Positions 10,579-20,453 of a stretch of DNA of 64,000 nucleotides are shown here, piece by piece. The DNA lies in contig OY776510.1 of the NCBI GenBank assembly GCA_963675665.1, positions 416,001 to 480,000 of the forward strand. The letters are read 5' to 3'. Origin of the DNA: Spirochaetia bacterium. GTDB lineage: Bacteria > Spirochaetota > Spirochaetia > UBA9216. The notes beneath the pieces were generated by a model, which saw nothing but the letters and a program-made list of their open reading frames with translations, had not been told where the DNA came from and made no database searches. A program made the position numbers and the translations under genes. Numbering within the stretch: the stretch's first letter is position 1; the number at the start of each line of letters is the position of its first letter.

Positions 10579-10669
10579 CTAATTTCCTCCTCATTAGTGA
10601 GAATCATGTTTTTCATGATTTCTCCTTCTGATTTTATTTGAAGTGATTTTCATCACTTATTAACTGATA

Positions 10670-11614
10670 TCAAATTCCCCGGGTTATTTTCTTTTCAAGT
10701 TCCCTTGCGATTGAACTGTCAATTACAAGAATATCAATGCTTCCGGTCTTTAGTGCCCCATATACTGCATCTGCTTTCCATTCTCCGCCGGCAATTGCTA
10801 TTACCGTGGGGATCTTTTTCAGCATGGACATATCGACTCCCATTACCCGGTTTTGCAGCTGAACTGTCCCGAAATCACCATCCGCCTTAAAATGGTTGAA
10901 GCAGATATCTCCGACATAACCTGAATCAAGAAGCATCCTGAAATCATCGTGACTCAGATAACCCTCAGAAACTATTGTTGATTCTTCTGTCAGCTCTCCA
11001 ACACCCATAATGGCAATATTACATTCATTCATCCGTTCAAAAGCCTGTTTATAAAAGTCTTCTTTTGCAACTTCTTTTACCAGTTTGCTGTTCATTGTTG
11101 CCGGGGCATACAGCATACTGAAATCACAGCCCAGTTTTGAAGCAAGCATTCTTGTAATTTCATCCGGCTTAATTGAATGATTTGTCGTATTAATCCCGCC
11201 TACCAGCTGGACAACAGTACTTTTTGTTTTTCTGGAAGGTCTCAGACACTGTATGGTTTCTCCCAGGGTTATTCCCCATGAAACCCCTATGGTATCTCCG
11301 TCATGAATAAATTCATCCAGAAACTCAGCCGCTTTTCGGCCGAGAACAGTCAATATCGGAAGATCGCTTCCGTCCGTATCTGCAATAACTACCTGCTTTA
11401 AAGAGAACTTCTGTTCAATCAGGTTCTCCAGTTCAACATGTTCATTTTCAATTCCGTTTATCGTAATACTTACAACACCTTCTTCGATCAACGAATTTAC
11501 AAGCTTGTTCACATGCTGACGTGATATCCGCAACTTGTTGGCAATCTGCTCTTGCGTCATATTCGCCTGGTAATACATATAAGCAATTTTTATTAAAGTA
11601 CTTTTATCTGCCAT
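10670..11614 (-). CDS. SorC/DeoR-type sugar-binding transcriptional regulator
   Basis: IAYMYY..MTQEQIA..L.ISR HTH, GVSWGIT, GDIC, IAGG..KA, VID motifs. Confidence 0.9.
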   Translation of the reverse strand: MADKSTLIKIAYMYYQANMTQEQIANKLRISRQHVNKLVNSLIEEGVVSITINGIENEHVELENLIEQKFSLKQVVIADTDGSDLPILTVLGRKAAEFLDEFIHDGDTIGVSWGITLGETIQCLRPSRKTKSTVVQLVGGINTTNHSIKPDEITRMLASKLGCDFSMLYAPATMNSKLVKEVAKEDFYKQAFERMNECNIAIMGVGELTEESTIVSEGYLSHDDFRMLLDSGYVGDICFNHFKADGDFGTVQLQNRVMGVDMSMLKKIPTVIAIAGGEWKADAVYGALKTGSIDILVIDSSIARELEKKITRGI

Positions 11615-11642
11615 ATTTTTATTCCGTCTTCCAAAACCTTAT

Positions 11643-11717
11643 TGACTTTTGTCGTCACACCTTACATAAGTCGTCTTTATTGTTTTGAATGATACATTAG
11701 AAATTTCAATCTGTCAA
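11643..11717 (-). promoter_or_regulatory. Sigma70 promoter with downstream candidate SorC operator
   Basis: TTGACA(11717-11712)-17 bp-TATCAT(11694-11689); repeated motif GACTTTTGTCGTC / TACATAAGTCGTC at 11643-11675. Confidence 0.6.
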
Positions 11718-11854
11718 ATAAATTCAAATCAAAATATAGCAAATCCTTAATAAAGCTTGATTCCGGAGTTATTACAGGTTTTCATCAGACAAATCCGTAA
11801 TAACCATCAAAAAATCGGCTTGCCCAATTTTGTTATCTGTTGCAGAATCATTTT

Positions 11855-13198
11855 ATGGCTAAAGAAAAAATCTTCTTTGAATGCAGCTCATGCGGTCATA
11901 CCGAACCCAAATGGCTTGGTAAATGTCCCGGCTGCGGCACATGGAACAGCTTTATAGAGATAAAACCGGCCAAAAGCGCTCTAACCGGTTCAAAATCCGC
12001 CAAATCAGCTAAAAGTGGTACCGGCCCGGGGCACATCAACCGCCCCGTTAAACTGGGCAGCATAACCTCCGGCAGCGGTTCAAGATTTGCTGCCGGACAG
12101 TCGGAAATTGACCGCGTGCTCGGCGGCGGTGTTATGAGGGGCGCATCCGTGCTTGTCGGAGGAGAACCCGGAATAGGGAAATCAACGCTGATGCTGCAGC
12201 TTTGCAGCACAATCAAAGCGGAAGGCCCGGTCCTCTACATCTCCGGCGAAGAATCTGCGGCCCAGCTTAAAATGCGCGCCGATAGGCTCGGCATTAAACG
12301 CGAAATCGATGTGCTCTGCGAAACCGAACTTACATCAATATTGAAACAGATTGATTATCTTAAACCGGTCCTGATTATTACCGATTCCGTACAAACCCTG
12401 TACAATACAGAACTGGGTATGGTTTCAGGTACCGTAAACCAGATTAAATTCTGTTCTTCGGAACTTATCGACCGGGCCAAACTATACAATTGCCCGCTCT
12501 TTCTGGTAGCCCATGTCACAAAGGAAGGAAATATAGCCGGGCCCAAGGTTCTTGAACACATGGTAGACACCGTACTTTACTTCGAACACGGAGCTTCCGA
12601 CGTAAGACTGCTACGGGCAAACAAGAACAGGTTCGGTTCAATCGATGAAATAGGCCTCTTCAGAATGACGGAAAAGGGCCTGAGCCAGGTTGACGAACCG
12701 GCGTCGCTGTTTCTTGTAAAACGAAAGGGAGAACAACCTGCAGGCACCTGCACTGCGGCCGTTTATGAAGGATCACGCGTATTGATGATGGAGATTCAGG
12801 CGCTAACCGTTCCTGCAAAAGGCGGCTTGTCGCGGGTATTCAGCGAAAAAATCGATCAGCGGCGGGTATCCAGGGTTGCGGCTGTTCTGGAAAAAAACCT
12901 GTCTCTCCGCTTCAGCGATCAGGACATATACGTTAATGTCGCCGGAGGAATCAGGATTGACGAGGTCGGAACCGATCTGCCGCTGGCGCTTGCGCTTTAT
13001 TCGGCGCGAACAGGTCTCAAGGTGCCGGCAGGGACAGCCTGCTCCGGAGAGATCAGCCTGGCCGGTGAAATTATGCCTGTGGCCCATCTTGACCGTCGCG
13101 CAAAAACATCGGCCGATATGGGTTTTAAAAATTTCGTCAGCCCTGAAAACACTTCAGTACTGAAAGACAGCATAAAGATAATCTTCAGCCGGCAATAA
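11855..13198 (+). CDS. radA: DNA repair protein RadA/Sms
   Basis: CSSCG..WLGKCPGC zinc finger, GEPGIGKST, KNRFG motif, Lon-like C-terminus; ATG at 11855 preferred. Confidence 0.96.
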   Translation: MAKEKIFFECSSCGHTEPKWLGKCPGCGTWNSFIEIKPAKSALTGSKSAKSAKSGTGPGHINRPVKLGSITSGSGSRFAAGQSEIDRVLGGGVMRGASVLVGGEPGIGKSTLMLQLCSTIKAEGPVLYISGEESAAQLKMRADRLGIKREIDVLCETELTSILKQIDYLKPVLIITDSVQTLYNTELGMVSGTVNQIKFCSSELIDRAKLYNCPLFLVAHVTKEGNIAGPKVLEHMVDTVLYFEHGASDVRLLRANKNRFGSIDEIGLFRMTEKGLSQVDEPASLFLVKRKGEQPAGTCTAAVYEGSRVLMMEIQALTVPAKGGLSRVFSEKIDQRRVSRVAAVLEKNLSLRFSDQDIYVNVAGGIRIDEVGTDLPLALALYSARTGLKVPAGTACSGEISLAGEIMPVAHLDRRAKTSADMGFKNFVSPENTSVLKDSIKIIFSRQ

Positions 13199-14378
13199 GG
13201 GCGGTAAGATACGGAAGCGCCACAAAGGTTCCGATACTGCTGCCTATGCTTGAAAAAAGAAAAACCAACAGGACTTTCGTCAGCCTGTTCCGGTAAAACC
13301 CGCGAAAACTTGTTATATCGGTATTAAGGTTTTCCAGGTCTTCCACCCGGGGTTTTCTCACCCAGGACTGAATCAGGCCGGTGACAATTCCGACGCCTAT
13401 AGTCGGGTTCATTGACGTAAACGGTGCCGCTGCAAATGATATTATAACGGTAAGCGGATGGGCCAGCGCAATAATAGCGCCGATTGCGGCAAGGGTTCCA
13501 TTTGCAAGAATCCATACTAGCAGCATTTCAACACCTTCTCGTGCTCCATTACGGATAAAACCCGAGGCAATCAGAGCAACAACTGCTACAGTAATTAACC
13601 ACGGAAGCTTTCCTACCCATTTGCTGCCCTTTGGAACCACGGATACATCTTCAAGGTTGGCGGTTTTCTCTTCTTTATCAAGAGCTTCCAGCCACATTAC
13701 TATTCCGTTCATATGCCCCGCCCCTACTACGGCAACTACCTTATCTTCTTTCTCCAGAAAAATATTTGTTGCAAGGTACTGATCACGTTCGTCTATAAAT
13801 ACTTCCTTAACCGCCGGAAGGTAATCGGCAAGTTCGTCCATCATTGTCTGCAGGGCTGATTTCTGCTTCAGGCTTTCAAGCTCTTCCTCGGAAAGCTTTT
13901 CATTTGTAAAGGCAGATCCTATCAGGGCCCCAAGCATTTTCATCTTCTGAAAAAAGCCCGATTTTGACCAGGCGCGCCGAAGCGTAGTCTGGATATCGCG
14001 GTCGGAATAAGAATAAGGAATACCAAGTTCGTCACACACATCGGCAGCAATCATCATCTCCTGCCCCTGGGTGGTACCTACATCCATACCCAGGCGCCTC
14101 TGATAGGCCGACAACACCAGGCTTGCAATCATCAGAAACGCCTGGCCGTTTTTCAGAACTTGTCCTATATTCAGTTTGCTCCAGTCCTGCCCCTCGCGCA
14201 TCTGCTTAAAACGGCCGGCATCGATTTCAATACAGACCCTGCCGGGCTGTTCTGTACGTATAATGCTTTCAACCTGGTCTACACTCTCTTTGGAAATATG
14301 TGCCGTTCCAACCAGAATAATCTCACGGCCGTTCAATTTTATTCGGCGTACCGTATCGTTTTCCGTTTTCTCATTCAT
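13185..14378 (-). CDS. TraB/GumN (PrgY) family membrane protein
   Basis: VGTAHIS, EID.GR, DRDIQTTL, IDERD, VVGAGH plus C-terminal TM helices. Confidence 0.9.
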   Translation of the reverse strand: MNEKTENDTVRRIKLNGREIILVGTAHISKESVDQVESIIRTEQPGRVCIEIDAGRFKQMREGQDWSKLNIGQVLKNGQAFLMIASLVLSAYQRRLGMDVGTTQGQEMMIAADVCDELGIPYSYSDRDIQTTLRRAWSKSGFFQKMKMLGALIGSAFTNEKLSEEELESLKQKSALQTMMDELADYLPAVKEVFIDERDQYLATNIFLEKEDKVVAVVGAGHMNGIVMWLEALDKEEKTANLEDVSVVPKGSKWVGKLPWLITVAVVALIASGFIRNGAREGVEMLLVWILANGTLAAIGAIIALAHPLTVIISFAAAPFTSMNPTIGVGIVTGLIQSWVRKPRVEDLENLNTDITSFRGFYRNRLTKVLLVFLFSSIGSSIGTFVALPYLTALIAG

Positions 14379-15777
14379 AATGATTCTCCAACTCGTAATC
14401 AGCCATCCTGCTCTCATAATAACCGAGATTACCGGCATCCCGTACCGTCACCAGGTAGGAATAAGCAGCTGTTTCCATTCCATTTTCGTGATAAAGCTCT
14501 GCTATATAAAAAAGAAGTCTTTTTTGGAGATTTTTATCTTCCTCTTCCTGAATCTTCCTCAGAGCATATGCATCATAGCCGCTTTCCCTGAAAGAACGGA
14601 TAATATGATAATATATGTTTCCGGACGGGATTTTATCCATCGCCGCGGCGTAATATTCCTGGGTTTCTTTCCATTCAGCCTTCTGTTTCATCATGGCCAG
14701 GGCCGCAGTAACAAGATATCCGTATTCCTGCGGTTCATATTCAAAGGCTGATTCAAATGAAGCTTTGCAGCCTTCCCAGTTGCCAAGCATAAACTGTACT
14801 GTTCCGAGCGCCGAATAGGCAAAATAATAATCCGGCTTCTGGTCAATTACCAGTTTGTAATCTTCAGCCGCAAGTTCATATTCATCCATTTCATCATAAA
14901 TCCCGGCCCTGAACACGTAGGGATAGAAAACAGCCGGGTTTATTTCTATCGCCCGGTTAAAATCCTCAAGGGCGCCGCTGCGATCTCCCAGATCGCGGAT
15001 TCGCAAGCGTCCCCTGTCCAGATAATGCCAGAAGTAATCGGGTTCAAGCCTGATAGCTTCGCTCATATCGCTTTCTGCTCCCTGAAAGTCGCCGATAGCC
15101 GCCCTTGCGCTGCTGCGGTCCAGGTATGTAAAAGGGTTTTCCGGATCAAGTTCAACAGCCCTGTTCAGATGCCCTTCAGCTTCCTGATATTTTTCTTCTC
15201 TAATCAGCGCGCTGCCTAAACCGGTAAGCGCAATAATGTTGTCCGGGTCAGATTCCAGCGCCCGCTTAAACATTTCAGAGGACTTTTTTAACTCTGATTC
15301 GGAAAGATAAATGCTGCCGAGAACCGACAAGGCCTGAGAATGCCCGGGGTCAACGGCTATTGCCTTTTCAAGCATTTCGAATTCGGCTTCTTCGTCTCCT
15401 GCCAGCCCTTCCACCAGGGCAAGATTAAAATAAGCGTCCGCATTCATCGGTTCCCGTTCAATCAGCGCACGAAGCTCGTCCCCGGCCTTTTTATAATCAC
15501 CGGAAGCCATAAGCAGTCCGGCATAGGCTATTACGGTTTCCGAACTGTCGTTTTTTACTTTCGCAAACTCTTTGACTGCCGAGTCCGTATCGCCCGAGTT
15601 TATCATTTTCTCAATATTTTCATATGTTTCAGCTTCTTTTTGGGGTCTTTTAACGGTTGAAGCCGGTTTTTCCGGCGATGCAGTTTCTGGGCTTTTCTCC
15701 ACAGTTGTGCATGAGGAAATCATACTGAATAGCAGGATTAAAACTGCCGGGACTGCTGCTGCGGTTTTAAGCTTCAT
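14371..15777 (-). CDS. TPR-repeat lipoprotein
   Basis: Lipobox-like ISSC after hydrophobic leader; many TPR units (A..D...AI...P); start MKLK at 15777 after GGGG. Confidence 0.85.
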   Translation of the reverse strand: MKLKTAAAVPAVLILLFSMISSCTTVEKSPETASPEKPASTVKRPQKEAETYENIEKMINSGDTDSAVKEFAKVKNDSSETVIAYAGLLMASGDYKKAGDELRALIEREPMNADAYFNLALVEGLAGDEEAEFEMLEKAIAVDPGHSQALSVLGSIYLSESELKKSSEMFKRALESDPDNIIALTGLGSALIREEKYQEAEGHLNRAVELDPENPFTYLDRSSARAAIGDFQGAESDMSEAIRLEPDYFWHYLDRGRLRIRDLGDRSGALEDFNRAIEINPAVFYPYVFRAGIYDEMDEYELAAEDYKLVIDQKPDYYFAYSALGTVQFMLGNWEGCKASFESAFEYEPQEYGYLVTAALAMMKQKAEWKETQEYYAAAMDKIPSGNIYYHIIRSFRESGYDAYALRKIQEEEDKNLQKRLLFYIAELYHENGMETAAYSYLVTVRDAGNLGYYESRMADYELENHYE

Positions 15778-15820
15778 ACTACCCCCTGAAACTATAAATA
15801 TATATGAATTCGAACTATTG

Positions 15821-16999
15821 TTAAAGCCTTGGCGCTGCCTGAGGCCTGACCGTCCCAACATCTGTTTTAAGCAGATACGCAAGCACCAACGTACCCAGTA
15901 AAAGCGGAACCGTAAAAACATAAAGGGCCTGCCGGTAACCGAAAGCATCAATCACCATGCCGAACAAAGCCGGACTCAGGGCTGACGTTACCGTAATAAC
16001 GCCCATCAGGATCCCGAAGATTTCTCCCTTGCCGAAACCCGAGCTCAGCCTTGAGATAAGCAGGTTCTGATTAATGACACATCCTGAGCTGAAAGCGCCG
16101 AAAAGAGTTATTACAATAATATAAACCCAGATGGGAAGGGTCCCGGACAGAATAAGCATTGTAACACCTGTGAATATTGTTCCGATCATGATAATTGCAT
16201 AAGAATTATATTTTTCAGACAGTTTTCCGGCAATTATCGAACCGGTTATTCCCCCGCCGAAGAAAAAAGCAGTTGCATATGATGCAGATCCTTCTTCCAT
16301 ACCGAAGAAATGAACAAAAATGGTCGGCAGAAAACTCAGCAGTGCAGAAACAGCAACAATACGAAGTATTACGGTAATCAGAAAAATCACAAGCCTTTTC
16401 AGATCGCGCGGTTCTTTCTGCGGGATTGATTCAGAAGACTGTCCCTGCCGCTTTTTTTGTCCCGGAGCGTTTCCAATTGTATCGGTTAACAGGTATACCG
16501 TACCCATTATAACCGCAGGCACAGCAGTTACCATAAGAACACCCCGGATCCCGATGCGACTGATAAGATAACCGTTTATCAAAAACATCAGCAGAATGGC
16601 TGATGTGCCGCAACATTCGTAGTACCCCATAATACTGCTTTTATTATCGGTGTAGGTTTCATCTATAACTGCATACATCACCGGATGAAACGTACTCATC
16701 CCTATGGCCGTGATCGAAATTAAAAGAATAAACACAGACAGATTGGGGGCAAAACCCGACGCTATTAATCCTGCGGCGGCCAGATAAAAACCGTAGCTTA
16801 GAATTTTTTTTCTTGTTATCCTGTCGGATATTTTTCCCAAAGTAATCGATCCGACAGCTGTAAAAAGAAGATAAACCGTAAGGATGCCTCCGGCTTCCGA
16901 ATAATTTAGCTGATACCGTGTAAGCAGTGAAGGCAGTACAAGCGGCAGAATAAACCAGAACAGGTCATTGGCACTATGCCCGAGAAGTTTCAATTTCAT
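15821..16999 (-). CDS. MFS transporter (Fsr-like)
   Basis: About 12 TM segments, H..ND, GKISDRI and GKLSEK motif A, FHP motif. Confidence 0.88.
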   Translation of the reverse strand: MKLKLLGHSANDLFWFILPLVLPSLLTRYQLNYSEAGGILTVYLLFTAVGSITLGKISDRITRKKILSYGFYLAAAGLIASGFAPNLSVFILLISITAIGMSTFHPVMYAVIDETYTDNKSSIMGYYECCGTSAILLMFLINGYLISRIGIRGVLMVTAVPAVIMGTVYLLTDTIGNAPGQKKRQGQSSESIPQKEPRDLKRLVIFLITVILRIVAVSALLSFLPTIFVHFFGMEEGSASYATAFFFGGGITGSIIAGKLSEKYNSYAIIMIGTIFTGVTMLILSGTLPIWVYIIVITLFGAFSSGCVINQNLLISRLSSGFGKGEIFGILMGVITVTSALSPALFGMVIDAFGYRQALYVFTVPLLLGTLVLAYLLKTDVGTVRPQAAPRL

Positions 17000-17016
17000 T
17001 GTTCTGTTATATTCTT

Positions 17017-18510
17017 TTAAAGAATGAGCATCAAGACTGCAAAGCTGAGAAAAAGCAGGCCGGTAAGAATTTTGATTATCCCCAGGTTGGTTTGAAATAT
17101 TCCGGTAATCTTTTTGGATGTAATCCCCAGATATACGACAATGAAGACTACAGCCAGAGGAATAATAAATGCAAGATTATACAATGCAAGGTAAAAATAA
17201 CCCGAAGCAGCTTTATCAGTCTGAATAATATAAGTAATAGTCGGAAAGTAGATCTGCCCTGTACAACCCAGTTCAAATATCGATATCAGAAAGCCCATAA
17301 CAATTGAACTTCCGGCAAGAGCCGCTGATTTCGTATAGGACCTTATAGAATCATGCATCCGCCGTTTTACAGAATCCGGAAGCTGTAAAATTATATCTTT
17401 TGTCTTTCCAGAGCGAATTTTCCCGTAATCATAAAAACTCAACCCCGCAAAGACAACAAGAACAGCAAAAAGAACCCACCTTATTATCCGGCTTACCAGC
17501 TCAAACGAATCGGCAATTCTTATAATTTTGAAAAATCCCAGCCCTATCAGATAATAGGTTATAAATACCGTTACCGTAAAAAACAGTCCGATAATCAGTG
17601 TCTCGCGCCGGCTTCTTCCGGCAACACTCAGCGCGCTTAATAAAAATATCAAGGTCGTAAAAGCACAGGGGTTTACTCCGTCCAGCAATCCGGCGGCAAG
17701 AACCGCAGCCAGAGACATGCTTATTCCATCAGATTTATTTCCCTTGCTTTCATTTTCTCCGGACGCGCCTGTATCCCGGCCGGAGTCGCCGGCCAGCAGC
17801 GCGGTATAACCTGCCATGACGGCTTCTTCACCCTGATAAATATCCTCTGTCGTAACAAAAACCGGGATCTCTTTTAACGATGTTCCGCGGTCGGCAAACA
17901 GCTGCTGCAGTTCTTCATAATACTCAGCTTCTGTTATATCCCGCTTGTCAATATTAATTTCGGCATCACGGAGAAACCGGTTGCAGCTCTTGCAGCCCGG
18001 GGTATAGTAATAACGGGGAATCTCTGTTGTCCCTTCCCCGGACATAATACCCGCGGAAGATTCCGGTTCAGCCGGCATTGTCGAATCATCCGCTGCATCT
18101 GCAGATACCGACGAAACATCCACACTGCCTGTAACTACAAAAAAGCCCTTGGGCATTGCATCTGAATTGGTCTGAATTATAAGCAGTTTTTCGAAGTCGC
18201 CGGAATCGTCATGGCTGTCAAAAACAATTGTAAATTCCGCCGATTCTCCGGCGGATATATCAAGGCTTTCAGGATAAGTTGTCATACAGCTGCAGGTACT
18301 GATTAAATCAACTGTAACATTTTCCGTAGTGTTGTTGGTAATTTTAACCGGCTGTTCAACAACATCCCCGTACTCAATCGAGCCTGTATTCCAGTCGGTT
18401 ATGCTGAATTCGAGATTGCCGCCGTCATCCTGGGCTGCAGCCGAAAATAAAACCAGAAAGGAAAAAGCAAGAGTTATAAATAATCTGTTCAGTCTGTTAA
18501 TTTTTTCCAT
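17017..18510 (-). CDS. DUF1573 Ig-like + CxxC glutaredoxin-like + CcdA-type membrane domain fusion
   Basis: TCSCM, YTPGCKSC, DGVNPCAF and ELGCTGQIYFP motifs. Confidence 0.75.
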   Translation of the reverse strand: MEKINRLNRLFITLAFSFLVLFSAAAQDDGGNLEFSITDWNTGSIEYGDVVEQPVKITNNTTENVTVDLISTCSCMTTYPESLDISAGESAEFTIVFDSHDDSGDFEKLLIIQTNSDAMPKGFFVVTGSVDVSSVSADAADDSTMPAEPESSAGIMSGEGTTEIPRYYYTPGCKSCNRFLRDAEINIDKRDITEAEYYEELQQLFADRGTSLKEIPVFVTTEDIYQGEEAVMAGYTALLAGDSGRDTGASGENESKGNKSDGISMSLAAVLAAGLLDGVNPCAFTTLIFLLSALSVAGRSRRETLIIGLFFTVTVFITYYLIGLGFFKIIRIADSFELVSRIIRWVLFAVLVVFAGLSFYDYGKIRSGKTKDIILQLPDSVKRRMHDSIRSYTKSAALAGSSIVMGFLISIFELGCTGQIYFPTITYIIQTDKAASGYFYLALYNLAFIIPLAVVFIVVYLGITSKKITGIFQTNLGIIKILTGLLFLSFAVLMLIL

Positions 18511-19408
18511 TCTTCAGGTTATTGATTAATTCCTTTTTATAATCTTCAAACGCCTGAAGAATAATCGGATCTTCAGGGTCCTTTTCATATGTAAAGTAGC
18601 GCATACTGTTTGAAACAGATTTCAGCTTTTTTAATCTGAACGACAGTTCGAGCCTTCCGACCCTGTTGCCTTCCTCACCGGGAGAAGCAATCACCCGCTG
18701 TCCGTCGATATTCTCATAAAGTATCTGATCATGCGCCGACAGGATCGCGTCCCATCCGGTTTGATCAGCAAATATTTCCTTTGAAGCATCAAGATTCCCA
18801 TGATAAACCAGCAGCTTGTAATGCGCGCCGCCGTCGACCAGAGCCTTGTATGCCTGCACAGCCGAATCGACCGGTGAAAAAACACTGACCCTTGATTTGA
18901 CGTCCTCCGGATAAAAGAAAAACACACCTGGATCTATTACTGCTGCAATTCCGATTTTAATTCCTTTCCTCTCAATGATTAAAGGCTTTTGATTGACCGG
19001 TTTACCGTCTATTTTTACGTTGTCCGCTATAAACGCAATCTCCCCTGATATGGATTTAAAAAAATCGACGCCTGATCCCAGCTCCTGATCGCCGAGAGCC
19101 GCCGCATCATAACCAAGCCCGGAATACAATTCCACAAGCTTGGCGCTTAGAAGCTTGTCTGTGCGGGCATCGTTAAAATCACCGAGATCTATTATCACTG
19201 ACGATTCCGGATCAAGTCCGCGTATATATGCTGCAGTAGTGGACAGCCCGGCTTTTGGCACTCCCTTACACTCACAGCCTATAAGGTTTCCATTGAGTGA
19301 TGCTGTATAGTAAATGGAAACATCCGTATCGGCAAATATGCCTGCTGATGATAAAACGGTTAAAGTCAGAACGGCAAGCAGCAGTCTGAAAGCAACCGGT
19401 TTAGCCAT
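18497..19408 (-). CDS. UshA-like (5'-nucleotidase N-domain) secreted protein with CxC motif
   Basis: YTASLNGNLIGCEC..GL, IDLGD, ALGDQE, YH, SAHD; signal peptide. Confidence 0.72.
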   Translation of the reverse strand: MAKPVAFRLLLAVLTLTVLSSAGIFADTDVSIYYTASLNGNLIGCECKGVPKAGLSTTAAYIRGLDPESSVIIDLGDFNDARTDKLLSAKLVELYSGLGYDAAALGDQELGSGVDFFKSISGEIAFIADNVKIDGKPVNQKPLIIERKGIKIGIAAVIDPGVFFFYPEDVKSRVSVFSPVDSAVQAYKALVDGGAHYKLLVYHGNLDASKEIFADQTGWDAILSAHDQILYENIDGQRVIASPGEEGNRVGRLELSFRLKKLKSVSNSMRYFTYEKDPEDPIILQAFEDYKKELINNLKNGKN

Positions 19409-19910
19409 TAAATGCTCCTGAAAGAATTTGCCTTATGTTATCGATATCTTCTTCATGGTACCCGACTGTTTTAAAGGCTATTTTACCGTCAGGATTAACC
19501 AGAAACATTGTCGGAAGCGCTTCAACGCCGAATGCTCCGGAGGCTTTCTGATATTTATCTATCAGGATCTGCACCGGTGTGGGTCTGTCTGCAAAAAACG
19601 GAACTACCACATCAAGCCCTTCATTGTCGGTGGCCATAAGAAAAACGTCGAAATCCCTGTCTGCAAATTCGTTGTAAAGCTCTTCGACATGAGGAAGTTC
19701 TTCATTACAGTTCTCACACCAGGTTGCATAAAAATCTATCAGCAGCCACCCGGTTCCATAGGTTTTCTTTGAAAAAACATAGTTTTTCCCGATATCCGTA
19801 AGTACAAACGCCGGAGCATCATCTCCTTCTTCTACAGCAAAGACCTGTACCGAAAAAATCATACTCATCAGCAGTACAATCAGAATTATTGCAGCAATTT
19901 TATTTTTCAC
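19401..19910 (-). CDS. TlpA/ResA family thiol-disulfide oxidoreductase
   Basis: APAF.L, DFYATWCENC.EELP, LPT cis-Pro; signal peptide; GTG start after GGAAGGT. Confidence 0.9.
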   Translation of the reverse strand: MKNKIAAIILIVLLMSMIFSVQVFAVEEGDDAPAFVLTDIGKNYVFSKKTYGTGWLLIDFYATWCENCNEELPHVEELYNEFADRDFDVFLMATDNEGLDVVVPFFADRPTPVQILIDKYQKASGAFGVEALPTMFLVNPDGKIAFKTVGYHEEDIDNIRQILSGAFNG

Positions 19911-19965
19911 AGCCCACCTTCCTGAAAATTGATATTATAAAGGATAACACCTTTGGAGTGCGGAA

Positions 19966-20433
19966 TCAATCCGCTTTGCATATTATCAGTTCCCAAACAA
20001 TGGAATCTTCTGTTTCAAGGTGCATATGAAAACCAAACCGTTTATGTAGACGTATTGAAGCCTCATTATTCCTGAAGCTTCGGCTTAAAAGTCTGTATAG
20101 CTTCCTTCTGCGGCAATCCTTAATCAGATCATCCATCATTAACGTTCCCAGGCCCTGTTTCTGTTTTGAAGGCAGAACCGCTATATCATAAATATGCGCT
20201 GTTTCAGTAATACGGGCATCACGCGGCCAAAGGGAATAACGGTAGAAACCTGCTATAACATCTCCGTCAAAAAGGTATTTAACACGGTCTTTATCGGTAT
20301 TGTGACTATCAATCATATCCGCAATCTTTTCAGAATCTGTTTTCTCACCGAATTCCCGCGGCCATTCAGCATTAATTAAATCAATTATTTCCGAGTAGTC
20401 CGGCAATCCTTCAATTTCTTTAAACATCATCAT
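19966..20433 (-). CDS. GNAT acetyltransferase
   Basis: IAVLP.KQKQGLGT motif A, N..SIRLHKRFGF. Confidence 0.85.
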   Translation of the reverse strand: MMMFKEIEGLPDYSEIIDLINAEWPREFGEKTDSEKIADMIDSHNTDKDRVKYLFDGDVIAGFYRYSLWPRDARITETAHIYDIAVLPSKQKQGLGTLMMDDLIKDCRRRKLYRLLSRSFRNNEASIRLHKRFGFHMHLETEDSIVWELIICKAD

Positions 20434-20453
20434 TTATAATGCCCCCGATCATT

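Noticed and set aside
4565-11614. lsr (AI-2 uptake) operon, suggested by the SorC regulator and FGGY kinase
   Set aside because: The transporter is Liv-type rather than LsrACDB sugar-type, and no LsrF/LsrG is visible in the window.
13185-14378. TraB as evidence for a conjugative element
   Set aside because: It is the chromosomal TraB/GumN/PrgY protease-like family; no transfer, relaxase or integrase genes are nearby.
18497-19910. Selenoproteins in the TlpA/UshA-like cluster (and the peroxidase at 36385)
   Set aside because: All candidate redox positions are Cys codons in uninterrupted ORFs.
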